Source of the DNA: Candidatus Zixiibacteriota bacterium
Lineage (GTDB): Bacteria; Zixibacteria; MSB-5A5; GN15; FEB-12
Assembly (NCBI GenBank): GCA_044227335.1
Contig: JBGAWZ010000001.1
Span: 1 to 46,674 of the forward strand
Direction: 5' to 3'
Length of the DNA: 46,674 nt
Shown here piece after piece: positions 32,488-39,980 of the stretch. The translations under genes were made by a program, and so were the position numbers. Under the pieces are notes generated by a model that was not told the origin of the DNA, made no database searches, and saw only the letters and a program-made list of their open reading frames with translations. Every line of letters begins with the position of its first letter. Positions within the stretch are counted from its first letter, which is position 1.

Positions 32488-32672
32488 GGCTTGGCCTTCT
32501 TTCCTGATAATATAAAGTTCACCCTAAACTCATCAACCTTCTTCATGCAATCGTGGCACAGGTCTTTTGAAATCGTCATGTCGTCACCAATATGCCACTC
32601 CAATATGAGCTTATTCGGCACACCCCCCCTGATTAGCGCGTAGCATCTGTCACAACGGACTTCGGTACTCAC
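32484..32672 (-). CDS. 62-aa zinc-ribbon protein (CDRC ... CHDC)
   Basis: GTG start with GTGA overlap. Confidence 0.5.
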   Translation of the reverse strand: MSTEVRCDRCYALIRGGVPNKLILEWHIGDDMTISKDLCHDCMKKVDEFRVNFILSGKKAKP

Positions 32673-33124
32673 ATCCCCTCCTTATGTTCGGCGAGTGCGG
32701 AGCGGAGGGCTTTCGATGCTTTGTATAGTGCAACGTATTCCGATGATCGGAACGCACTGTCACACCAAACCTTCGCATTGTCTGTGTAAGCATGACGCCG
32801 AGCCGTCAGATGATCCTCGGCTGATTGACGACTAAAGAATGGGCCAGTAATCATGCTCATCAAGAAACCAATATCGAGGCGCATTATTTGCTTTGGATCA
32901 ACAATGTACCAGACGGGTATATCTGTCGCCTCGACATCAATTGACGCGGCTACTGGTCCCACCGCCTCCCTCAGCTTCTTATTGGCCTCTCGCTCGGCGG
33001 CAAGCTCGGTGTCGATGATGGTGGCGATGTCGCCAACATCTTCCGCTATTTCTATTAAGTCATCCCCGTACATCTCGCGCAAATGCTTCTGCACCTTCTC
33101 CGCCGCTTTTTGGCTGTTAGTCAT
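32669..33124 (-). CDS. 151-aa hypothetical protein
   Basis: Start taken at ATG 33124 (MTNSQKAAEK...). The 201-aa track version would swallow the upstream 61-aa gene. Confidence 0.4.
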   Translation of the reverse strand: MTNSQKAAEKVQKHLREMYGDDLIEIAEDVGDIATIIDTELAAEREANKKLREAVGPVAASIDVEATDIPVWYIVDPKQIMRLDIGFLMSMITGPFFSRQSAEDHLTARRHAYTDNAKVWCDSAFRSSEYVALYKASKALRSALAEHKEGM

Positions 33125-33302
33125 GGGCGGCCTCGGAATGTTTACGCACAATTCTGTATGCATTGAGAACAAGTTGGCGACGTTCATCAAGTATGTCATC
33201 CTCGGTTGTTCGCGGACCACCAGACGCAAGGCTAACGCTTGTCTGTCCGTTATTCCAGCCAGACCATTTCTCAATTACGGACTTCGCTTCTTCCAGTTTC
33301 AT
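33117..33302 (-). CDS. 61-aa hypothetical protein
   Basis: ORF track, SD-like AAAGGATGAAGG upstream. Confidence 0.4.
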   Translation of the reverse strand: MKLEEAKSVIEKWSGWNNGQTSVSLASGGPRTTEDDILDERRQLVLNAYRIVRKHSEAAHD

Positions 33303-33395
33303 CCTTCATCCTTTCATTGTTACGGTTTGGGCGGGGCGATAGGACCGACGTTTGCGAGTCGTGCGGTTGATCTAAAGCCACCCCGCCCGTACCGC

Positions 33396-33473
33396 TTATT
33401 CATCCTCGCATACTCCATAGACCACCACCGCCCAAAAGACGAGCTGGCAGAGGGCAAAGAGGGCGTAGGTCAT
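33396..33473 (-). CDS. 25-aa hydrophobic micro-protein (MTYALFALCQLVFWAVVVYGVCEDE)
   Basis: ATG preceded by TGAGGATATG, in which the GAGGA overlaps the upstream stop. Confidence 0.3.
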   Translation of the reverse strand: MTYALFALCQLVFWAVVVYGVCEDE

Positions 33474-33477
33474 ATCC

Positions 33478-33912
33478 TCAGTACGCGACCTTGTCGAGCA
33501 CTTCGACCTTTATGGCGTATTGGAGTTGTTGACTGGTAATGCGACCAATCAAAGCGTCCGCAATTTGCTGGATCAGTTTCCCCTTCTGATTTGCCAGTTG
33601 CTTGCCGACGATCTTTCTCACCTGATCTTTTTGGGCCGCGATCGCATCAACTACCGCCGCGCTTATTGCTTCCTTGAGAGACTTTTCGACGAGCCATTGG
33701 ACGTAACTCAACTTGTTGTAGCTGTCGTAGTTTTCATGTTTACCCTCATGGTTGACCCGTTGCAGTAGAACCTGCTTGACGGCCTCCTCCATGATCTTCC
33801 CTTTGTCACCCAATGCTTCGATAAGCACCTGTGACACCTTCGCCTCAATGATCGGGGCGATTACATCTTTCGGTACATTGACCGTTGCTGTCGTGCTAAC
33901 TACTTCTGCCAT
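33478..33912 (-). CDS. 144-aa helical hypothetical protein
   Basis: ORF track. Confidence 0.5.
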   Translation of the reverse strand: MAEVVSTTATVNVPKDVIAPIIEAKVSQVLIEALGDKGKIMEEAVKQVLLQRVNHEGKHENYDSYNKLSYVQWLVEKSLKEAISAAVVDAIAAQKDQVRKIVGKQLANQKGKLIQQIADALIGRITSQQLQYAIKVEVLDKVAY

Positions 33913-33982
33913 ACATTTCCTTTCATATCCTCAGTTCCATTTGAGGAGAGCCAAGAGCATTGAGAGCATGACGGAAAAGTCC

Positions 33983-34321
33983 TTAGTCATTTTCTTTCAT
34001 GCACTCGACACAGGTTTCAGTCCCCGGCAGAGCCGTGTTGTCGCAGTCCTCAGTCTTACACGGTGTCCCGGTAGTAACTTCGGCGACGGTCGGGGCGGCA
34101 ACTATTTGGCGCGGTAGGATAAAGCCAGAGTCGGGCGGGACTTCATCGGTCGGCCCGCCCCAGCGGTTCAGTGCTTGCGCCAATGCGACAATCGTCATGA
34201 ACTTGATCGGCCCGATTGCCATGCGCGGAGAAAGATACCCGGCTTCCAGTGGGTCAATCGCGCCAGTCGCCTTGATTAAGTCGTCAAGTATCGCGTGTCC
34301 TGTCTCTTCGAGTCGACTCAT
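33983..34321 (-). CDS. 112-aa hypothetical protein with a Cys-rich C-terminus
   Basis: ORF track, ATGA-type coupling with the HNH gene. Confidence 0.45.
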   Translation of the reverse strand: MSRLEETGHAILDDLIKATGAIDPLEAGYLSPRMAIGPIKFMTIVALAQALNRWGGPTDEVPPDSGFILPRQIVAAPTVAEVTTGTPCKTEDCDNTALPGTETCVECMKEND

Positions 34322-34737
34322 TCCTCAACTCCCTTCTGTTTCAGTTCCTCTATGGCCGGTTGCCAGCGAAACTCTTTCCGCCGACCGGCCTCAAATTCCT
34401 GTTTCAGTTCCAATAACAATGCCAACACCCAAGCCCTCGACCTGTGCGCCTCTCTGTGACACAAGGCGCAAAGGGTAATCCCGTTGTGATCTTCATTCGA
34501 TCCGCCGTCAGAGAGATAGCAGATATGGTGCCCTTGCACCTGCATCCGCCAGTACCACGAATTACCACAGCGAATATTTTGGCAGAGGCCTCCGTCAAGT
34601 CCTTTGATACGGTCTTGAAATTCCTTCTTCTCGAAGGCCTTTGCCAGTTTCTTTTTTCGCCGCTCATCGGCATAGCGTGGCTTGGGAAACTTGATGTCAA
34701 GTTGGTCACCGCTTTTTCGCTTGGAGTTGCTCGACAT
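34318..34737 (-). CDS. HNH endonuclease
   Basis: Motif C..RCG...GHHICYLSDGGSNEDHNGITLCALCHREAH. Confidence 0.8.
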   Translation of the reverse strand: MSSNSKRKSGDQLDIKFPKPRYADERRKKKLAKAFEKKEFQDRIKGLDGGLCQNIRCGNSWYWRMQVQGHHICYLSDGGSNEDHNGITLCALCHREAHRSRAWVLALLLELKQEFEAGRRKEFRWQPAIEELKQKGVEE

Positions 34738-35365
34738 AGTTCTTTAACGCCGGGGCTTTCATCTTCCCAATATCGGCGTTACCTCCGTAGGTCATCCGCA
34801 TTTGCGCGATCTTGGTCATGTCCAATATGCCCGCCGCCTCAAGTTCTTGCTCCAACTGGTTTGCCAGTTTGTCGTTTGAGAGATTCTTGGGAGCGGCAGA
34901 GGGAACCGACCGACCGACCGCGCCGCGCTTGTCCTGTTTCTCAAATCTCGCACTCTCAGGATCATCCCCTGTTGGCATGAACATCATCGCCATAATCGCA
35001 TACTTGGTCATTCCTGTTATGGCCGCGTACAGTCCCTTGTCGTCTCTCAGTTGACCGTCACCGATCCAGTGACCGGAAAGAGACTCGCCCGAATCGGCAT
35101 CCCAAAAGGTGTACTCAGCGTTGACAAAGATAAGATAGACCGCCTTGCGATCCCCTCTCGCGTCAATCGTCACAACCTCTTTTGAGGGGATTGAGAATTG
35201 CAGGACAACGCCGTGCTTGTCCATGAGTGGCTTGAACGTCTCTTTGATAAGATTGTCCGGCGCGTAGTGATAGTTGTTCGCCTGATTGAACTCAGTCTTT
35301 TCAATCCGGGCGACCTCTTTCCGAATCGCCACGATCTTCTGTAGAATCTTGATAGGGGGATTCAT
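34706..35365 (-). CDS. erf: ERF-family single-strand annealing recombinase
   Basis: N-terminal pattern ILQKIVAIRKEV..IEK...N....YHYAP and the AAITGMTKYAIMAMMFMPTGDDPE block resemble ERF family conservation. Confidence 0.65.
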   Translation of the reverse strand: MNPPIKILQKIVAIRKEVARIEKTEFNQANNYHYAPDNLIKETFKPLMDKHGVVLQFSIPSKEVVTIDARGDRKAVYLIFVNAEYTFWDADSGESLSGHWIGDGQLRDDKGLYAAITGMTKYAIMAMMFMPTGDDPESARFEKQDKRGAVGRSVPSAAPKNLSNDKLANQLEQELEAAGILDMTKIAQMRMTYGGNADIGKMKAPALKNYVEQLQAKKR

Positions 35366-35970
35366 CGGATTGCTATCGCCTCTTCTTGGTAAATCTCAAC
35401 GCCCTGAATATCTCTCAGGCCGGACTGAACGGCCTTGCGGATCAGCGTTTCGTCAACGATCAAATAATCACGCGGGACTATAGCCGCGTCAATCACTTTG
35501 AACTTCCAAACCTTCTTGCTCACCATGTTGCCAATCATCGACGCTTGCGGCGCGACTTGCTTTGCGACTACAGTGACAGGTTCGACGCCATGTTCTTCGG
35601 CCTTTATGTCGGCCTTGACCTGTTGCTTAGCGGCGAGTTTGTTCAATCGTTCTTGTTCTTTGGCGAGAATCGCCGCTTGTTCGGCGCGATAGTCTTTGAT
35701 CTTAAATCGGAGTCGTTCGTCGGCGACCAGTAGCGGAGCCGCGATTGACTTGAACAGGTCGTTGATCTTCTTGACCTGATCGTTTAGGGGCTTCACAAAG
35801 AACGTCCGCCGATCTTCGATTGACTTCTTTGTGTCCGAAATATCCTTGAGAATCAGCGAGGCGGTCTCGACTCCCTGATCGTCGGCGACAATTAATCCAG
35901 TGGCCCGCCCGACAATATCCCCCGATTGTGTCGTGATCTTCTGAATCTCTGTTGATTGTTCCAGTTCCAT
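35362..35970 (-). CDS. 202-aa recombination-associated coiled-coil protein (DUF1351-like pattern)
   Basis: Directly upstream of the ERF gene. Central coiled coil. C-terminal pattern W.FKVID...VPRDYL.VD...IRKAV. Confidence 0.35.
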   Translation of the reverse strand: MELEQSTEIQKITTQSGDIVGRATGLIVADDQGVETASLILKDISDTKKSIEDRRTFFVKPLNDQVKKINDLFKSIAAPLLVADERLRFKIKDYRAEQAAILAKEQERLNKLAAKQQVKADIKAEEHGVEPVTVVAKQVAPQASMIGNMVSKKVWKFKVIDAAIVPRDYLIVDETLIRKAVQSGLRDIQGVEIYQEEAIAIR

Positions 35971-35992
35971 GTCTCATTCTCCCGTTAAAGTG

Positions 35993-36229
35993 TTAGTTAC
36001 CGTCGATAATCATAAATGGCACAACGCGAAACTCCCGTTGCGGCACCTGTGGCCGGTCAGGATTAGCGGTGCGCTCGGCGTCTATTTTCTTAAGCTCTTC
36101 CATGCGCGACTCTAAATGCTTTGGGGTTGAGTCGGCATCAAACGTCCGCCACTTAGCGTATGGCTTCCCCGAAAGTTTCTGCTGTAGCAGATACCCGTCC
36201 GGCTTGCGGTTTCCAAAGTCGTATTTCAT
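35993..36229 (-). CDS. 78-aa hypothetical protein
   Basis: ORF track, ATGA coupling. Confidence 0.45.
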   Translation of the reverse strand: MKYDFGNRKPDGYLLQQKLSGKPYAKWRTFDADSTPKHLESRMEELKKIDAERTANPDRPQVPQREFRVVPFMIIDGN

Positions 36230-36321
36230 CGGCTCACCGCGTACTGAATCGCAGGAATCAGCATCCCAAATAGTACATATATCCCCCCGGCGATAAGGAT
36301 GGTGCGCTCAAAGGTTCTCAT
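36226..36321 (-). CDS. 31-aa TM micro-protein (MRTFERTILIAGGIYVLFGMLIPAIQYAVSR)
   Basis: ATGA overlaps at both ends. Confidence 0.35.
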   Translation of the reverse strand: MRTFERTILIAGGIYVLFGMLIPAIQYAVSR

Positions 36322-36482
36322 ATGACCCTTCCCCCCGGATTCGCCGGGAACTTGTGAAAGTTGTTGATTACCCATGCGCTATGCGTTGTCGGGTCTGCGT
36401 ATCTCTCGACGTACCGCTTGATCGGCGCGATGATCCACCAAAGCGGTTGACATAGCCACAAGAGGTAGTAGAGGGCGGTCAC
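36318..36482 (-). CDS. 54-aa membrane micro-protein (VTALYYLLWLCQPLWWIIAPIKRY...)
   Basis: GTGA overlap with the RHH gene stop and ATGA overlap downstream. Confidence 0.35.
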   Translation of the reverse strand: MTALYYLLWLCQPLWWIIAPIKRYVERYADPTTHSAWVINNFHKFPANPGGRVI

Positions 36483-36646
36483 TTGCCCGTCTCCAGTTTC
36501 TTGAAATAAGCGTACAGCGCGTCCTCTACCTGTCGAGCGAGAGGGATTCCAATGTCGCGCTTGCGCCGTTCGAGCTTGGCCTTGAGTTGGCCGCTAATGT
36601 CGCAATTCAAATTTGCGGTTGTTTTTTCTGTCTGTGTCTGTGCCAT
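36479..36646 (-). CDS. Ribbon-helix-helix (Arc/CopG-like) transcriptional regulator, 55 aa
   Basis: MAQTQTEKTTANLNCDISGQLKAKLERRKRDIGIPLARQVEDALYAYFKKLETGK. It has a beta-strand/helix/helix layout and is the first gene after the promoter/operator. Below the track cutoff. Confidence 0.6.
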   Translation of the reverse strand: MAQTQTEKTTANLNCDISGQLKAKLERRKRDIGIPLARQVEDALYAYFKKLETGK

Positions 36647-36666
36647 TAGTTTTTCCTTTCGGTGCT

Positions 36667-36728
36667 AAAATACCGCTTGTTGAGACAAGTGCAACATATT
36701 TATTGGACTTGCCACAAAATAAATGTTG
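36667..36728 (-). promoter_or_regulatory. Early promoter (TTGCAC - 16 nt - TATTTT) overlapped by an imperfect inverted repeat (CAACATATTTATT / AATAAATGTTG)
   Basis: -35 at 36689..36694 and -10 at 36667..36672 on the minus strand. Inverted-repeat arms at 36693..36705 and 36718..36728. Confidence 0.5.
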
Positions 36729-36749
36729 GCCGTTTGGCATACCTGTTGC

Positions 36750-36779
36750 TAATAAATATCCCCCCGGCCTTCCGGGGGG
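36750..36779 (-). terminator. Rho-independent terminator after the OMP gene
   Basis: CCCCCCGG-AAGG-CCGGGGGG followed by AUAUUUAUU on the minus strand, 40 nt after the stop at 36819. Confidence 0.8.
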
Positions 36780-36818
36780 TCTGGATGAGAGGGAGATGAG
36801 ACAGCCGCGATGAAGCGG

Positions 36819-37334
36819 TTACTTGGACGGCTTGCTAAAGCGCAGGCCGATATTTATTTGACTGAATCCGCCAGTGCCGGAGCCGGTCGCGTCGGTCATG
36901 GTTAGATCAGCGTAGGCCGAGACTGAAAACGGGATAGTAAAAGCCGGGTTTGGATCGTACCATATTAGACGCTCAACACCAAACCCCAAGAAAAGATCAG
37001 TGCCGTCGTTTACTCCGTCAAGATAATTGGACGCGCCGACATTGGCGAGAAACTTCCACTTGGCTCCGAGATACCAGTCCATGAGGGCGGAAATGTCGAG
37101 GGACGAAACGCCCGGTGTCCCGAAGTTGATACGATGATAGGTTGTCCTGATATACAGACCCTTGTCGGCGTCGATCAGAACTTGCGGGCCGATCACGAAT
37201 GACCCGCCGATATTGTCGAATCCGTCGTTTGTCCATGCCGATCCACCGATGACGGCAGACAGCGGAGCCGGTTTCAACTGAGCAAACGCACTCCCGCAAA
37301 GTAGCAGAGCCGCGATAACAATGTATTTTTTCAT
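36819..37334 (-). CDS. Outer-membrane beta-barrel protein (OmpX/Ail/Lom-like size) with a signal peptide
   Basis: N-terminus MKKYIVIAALLLCGSAFAQLK. Alternating hydrophobic beta-strand pattern with aromatic girdle residues. Ends ...INIGLRFSKPSK. Confidence 0.6.
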   Translation of the reverse strand: MKKYIVIAALLLCGSAFAQLKPAPLSAVIGGSAWTNDGFDNIGGSFVIGPQVLIDADKGLYIRTTYHRINFGTPGVSSLDISALMDWYLGAKWKFLANVGASNYLDGVNDGTDLFLGFGVERLIWYDPNPAFTIPFSVSAYADLTMTDATGSGTGGFSQINIGLRFSKPSK

Positions 37335-37618
37335 AATCCAGTCCCGTCTATTGGTAAGTACCCGCTCTCAAATGCTTTCGCTGGCGAGTAGGAGCGGTAG
37401 CCATCTTCGTACACAACGAGGTAGCCGCCGACTTCTGGTTTGTGTTTCTCGACAAACTCTTTGCCGAGGTTACAACTTGGGTATTGTTCTTTTTCCCACT
37501 GAACAAGGGTATCACCGTCTGGCATTAACGACAGTGCGGCGATCTTCAGTGCGCCGACAATCTTGTGACATTGATATTGCGGCAATTCTACCGCACCAGT
37601 TAGGTCTAACAACATCAT
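37331..37618 (-). CDS. 95-aa hypothetical protein
   Basis: ORF track, SD AAAGGAAAC. Confidence 0.5.
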   Translation of the reverse strand: MMLLDLTGAVELPQYQCHKIVGALKIAALSLMPDGDTLVQWEKEQYPSCNLGKEFVEKHKPEVGGYLVVYEDGYRSYSPAKAFESGYLPIDGTGL

Positions 37619-37633
37619 GTTTCCTTTTGAATC

Positions 37634-37653
37634 GGGGCTGGCACACCAGCCCC
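37634..37653 (-). promoter_or_regulatory. GC-rich hairpin (GGGGCUGG-UGUG-CCAGCCCC) 15 nt upstream of the 95-aa gene start
   Basis: Perfect 8-bp inverted repeat, no U-tract. Confidence 0.5.
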
Positions 37654-37678
37654 AGCTTGTTGACTTGCTATCCCTACC

Positions 37679-37738
37679 TTAGCAGGGCTTGCCCTTGCCT
37701 TTTTTCTTCGGCATTGGGGCTTTCTTCTTTGCTGGCAT
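37679..37738 (-). CDS. 19-aa Lys-rich micro-protein (MPAKKKAPMPKKKGKGKPC)
   Basis: Consensus SD AAAGGAGAA 3 nt before the ATG in an otherwise non-coding gap. Confidence 0.35.
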   Translation of the reverse strand: MPAKKKAPMPKKKGKGKPC

Positions 37739-37782
37739 AGTTCTCCTTTACGGGTTAATCGGCTGACGTTGTGTCGGCCAGT

Positions 37783-38079
37783 TTATACATCCTTCTTTGT
37801 CATCATCGACTTGGCTTTGTCCTCGACAGTCTTGTAGCTCGACGCCGATCCCCAAGCCGCGAGACTTGCGAGAATCATCATCTTGGCTGTCATTGCCGGG
37901 TCGATATAGCGAGCGAATAGGGCCATTCCGCCAAAGCAGAACCCGACACCAAACGCTTTCAGTACCGATTCCTCGTCTTTGAAGATTGCGAACTTGGCGA
38001 GAATCCGGGTAAACCAGTGGGCAAACGGGCCAAGGAAGATCGCCCCAAGCAGGTCTGTCCAGTTTTCAGTTGGTTCCAT
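37783..38079 (-). CDS. 98-aa three-TM membrane protein with a charged C-terminal tail (class-I-holin-like shape)
   Basis: ATG 38079 preceded by GAGAGGTG. Three hydrophobic segments. C-terminus KTVEDKAKSMMTKKDV. Confidence 0.35.
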   Translation of the reverse strand: MEPTENWTDLLGAIFLGPFAHWFTRILAKFAIFKDEESVLKAFGVGFCFGGMALFARYIDPAMTAKMMILASLAAWGSASSYKTVEDKAKSMMTKKDV

Positions 38080-38113
38080 AAACACCTCTCTATAAAAGGT
38101 TCAATTTCGATTG

Positions 38114-38284
38114 TCAAGGTTTTCTGCGACTGGAAGGGCCACGATCGAGGAACTTGCTGTCTGCCGGCGGCTCCGGTTTCTTGTCGTCCTTCGTCATCTT
38201 GTCGATTGCCACGTCAAAGAGTTTGGCCTTCCACTTATCCGGCAATCTCTTGGCTATGAATCCGAGCCACTTAGGGAGTCTCAT
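38114..38284 (-). CDS. 56-aa basic micro-protein (MRLPKWLGFIAKRLPDKWKAKLFD...)
   Basis: ATGA overlap with the upstream stop. Below the track cutoff. Confidence 0.35.
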   Translation of the reverse strand: MRLPKWLGFIAKRLPDKWKAKLFDVAIDKMTKDDKKPEPPADSKFLDRGPSSRRKP

Positions 38285-38574
38285 TGTTTGGCCTTTCGTA
38301 TCAGCTTAACACCATCGACCACACACGCTTTCGGGATAGCTATTGAATCACCTATCTCGTCGGCGGTTTCCGGGTCAACACTTGCCGCGTACTGAGCCGC
38401 AACAACATAGTACGGCATATCCTTCGACGGCCCCTGAATGAAATGCCCTACGGTCTTGACTGTAAAGGGTTTTATTTTCCCCTCCGCCGCGTCAATAACC
38501 GACCGCCAACTTGTGAACGATTGGGGGTCAAGAAACGTGATCTCAACAATGTCGCCGACTTCAAGTTTTGCCAT
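38281..38574 (-). CDS. 97-aa hypothetical protein
   Basis: ORF track. Confidence 0.5.
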   Translation of the reverse strand: MAKLEVGDIVEITFLDPQSFTSWRSVIDAAEGKIKPFTVKTVGHFIQGPSKDMPYYVVAAQYAASVDPETADEIGDSIAIPKACVVDGVKLIRKAKQ

Positions 38575-39676
38575 TGACCCCCCTCAGATATATCGCCGCG
38601 TCCTGCAACGCCTCGACGCCGTGCATCGCCAGAACCTTCTTGCGATCTGGAAACAGGATCACCGTCTGCGGCCCCGGTCTGCCCTCTTTGAAAAAATCCA
38701 TCGAGTAGCCGTCGTCGATCTTGTACGCACCAGTCCGAATAGATATGACCGTCCTCCGGGCTTCCCCCGTTCCCCTCTCAACTGATTCAATGCCCGGATT
38801 GTGTTCGTGTTCGGTTACAATCAAGTCGGCTGTTGGTTCCAATAATTCCATCATTCTATGGTGTGAATTGAACTGGTTCAGCGAGGAATTGAACCGATAA
38901 TGGTGCTTCCACAGAATCTTGTATGCCTGATCCCCAACGGTCAAAGTCAGAACCCCCCCGTGCGGCATATAGCTGAATGAGTAACCTTTTCGTACCCACC
39001 GCTCTACATCAACACCCGTTTTTCTCCGGGCCATTGTGTCGTGATTTCCACCGATAGCCGCGACGACTTTGGGGCCAAGTAGTTTGAGAAGCGAATCCAT
39101 TGCCTCAAGCTGTAAATCAGGCGGGGCGAGTTGACCCATTACAGCCGAGGCGTCTTTGAATCCCGGCACAAACATATCAGTCCGATCACCGGAAATCCCG
39201 CAATAGATGTTCTCTGTCTCAGCTACAAATTGCGCGTCGGCATACAGTCTTTGGTAGTCCGTATGTGCGCTCCCCAAATGCCAATCCCCAAAGAAACATA
39301 ACGCGACAGGGGTTTTTGTTTTAATCGTAGCCGCACAATATAACTCCCTGTCAGAAACGATGTCTCTGATCCCCTGTGCCTCAGTAAATACCCGTCGCCA
39401 ATCATCCGCCGGCAGATTCCCCGGCGTCTTTTTCGACGTGCGGATAATCTGTACCCGGTCGGCGAAAGAGTCTGCCTGCCCGGTGTGTGGCATTAGCGGG
39501 TCAGGACTGGTTTGCCCCTTGTTGTAGCGATGGTACACAGTCGGCATGGTCTTACGGGTGTAGCTTGTCCCGAACTTCTTATTGACCACCACCGCCGTCT
39601 CATTCCAATTCGGTCGCCCGCCCTTTTCTTTCAGGTAGTCAAAGAGGAACCTGACGATTCGTGGGTCAACCCTCAT
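38561..39676 (-). CDS. Calcineurin-like metallophosphoesterase (371 aa) with an N-terminal ~100-aa extension
   Basis: Motifs GDWHLG, GDRTD, GGNHD and TEHEH in canonical order. ATG 39676 preceded by GAGGA. Confidence 0.75.
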   Translation of the reverse strand: MRVDPRIVRFLFDYLKEKGGRPNWNETAVVVNKKFGTSYTRKTMPTVYHRYNKGQTSPDPLMPHTGQADSFADRVQIIRTSKKTPGNLPADDWRRVFTEAQGIRDIVSDRELYCAATIKTKTPVALCFFGDWHLGSAHTDYQRLYADAQFVAETENIYCGISGDRTDMFVPGFKDASAVMGQLAPPDLQLEAMDSLLKLLGPKVVAAIGGNHDTMARRKTGVDVERWVRKGYSFSYMPHGGVLTLTVGDQAYKILWKHHYRFNSSLNQFNSHHRMMELLEPTADLIVTEHEHNPGIESVERGTGEARRTVISIRTGAYKIDDGYSMDFFKEGRPGPQTVILFPDRKKVLAMHGVEALQDAAIYLRGVNGKT

Positions 39677-39980
39677 CAATCCTCATTTCGTTCGCCATGA
39701 GTAACCGGGTGACAACGTGAATCAGTTGGTTCGACCCGCTCTCCTTGTCAACGTGGTTTCCGGTAAGGTACTGCGTTAGGTGAGCGCGGGCGTGGGCCAG
39801 ATGATCCTCGACGGTGTGATCTTTCCATTCCATATCGTGAGGGTGAGTCGTGGCCCCGTGTTCCATGAGCCCTGAGATTTCCGCAAGCGTAGCCGGGAAA
39901 TATCGCTCTAATAGTAGCTTGACACCGGGAGAGAATACAACACTCCCGACTATCGGTTGGTTCCCGTTGTCTCCCGACAT
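39666..39980 (-). CDS. 104-aa DUF5664-like (dATP/dGTP diphosphohydrolase-like, MazG-related) helical protein
   Basis: Pattern FPATLAEISGLMEHGA......W........HLAHARAHL......VDKESGSNQLIHVVTRLLM resembles that family. By-eye only. Confidence 0.4.
   Translation of the reverse strand: MSGDNGNQPIVGSVVFSPGVKLLLERYFPATLAEISGLMEHGATTHPHDMEWKDHTVEDHLAHARAHLTQYLTGNHVDKESGSNQLIHVVTRLLMANEMRIDEG

Noticed and set aside
36819-37334. Lipoprotein (lipobox) signals in the signal-peptide proteins
   Set aside because: The Cys residues in the hydrophobic cores (for example LLLCGSAFA, LLLCAVTVFA, GVQCFAQG) are not preceded by a [LVI][ASTVI][GAS] lipobox. The AxA-like sites downstream fit signal peptidase I better.
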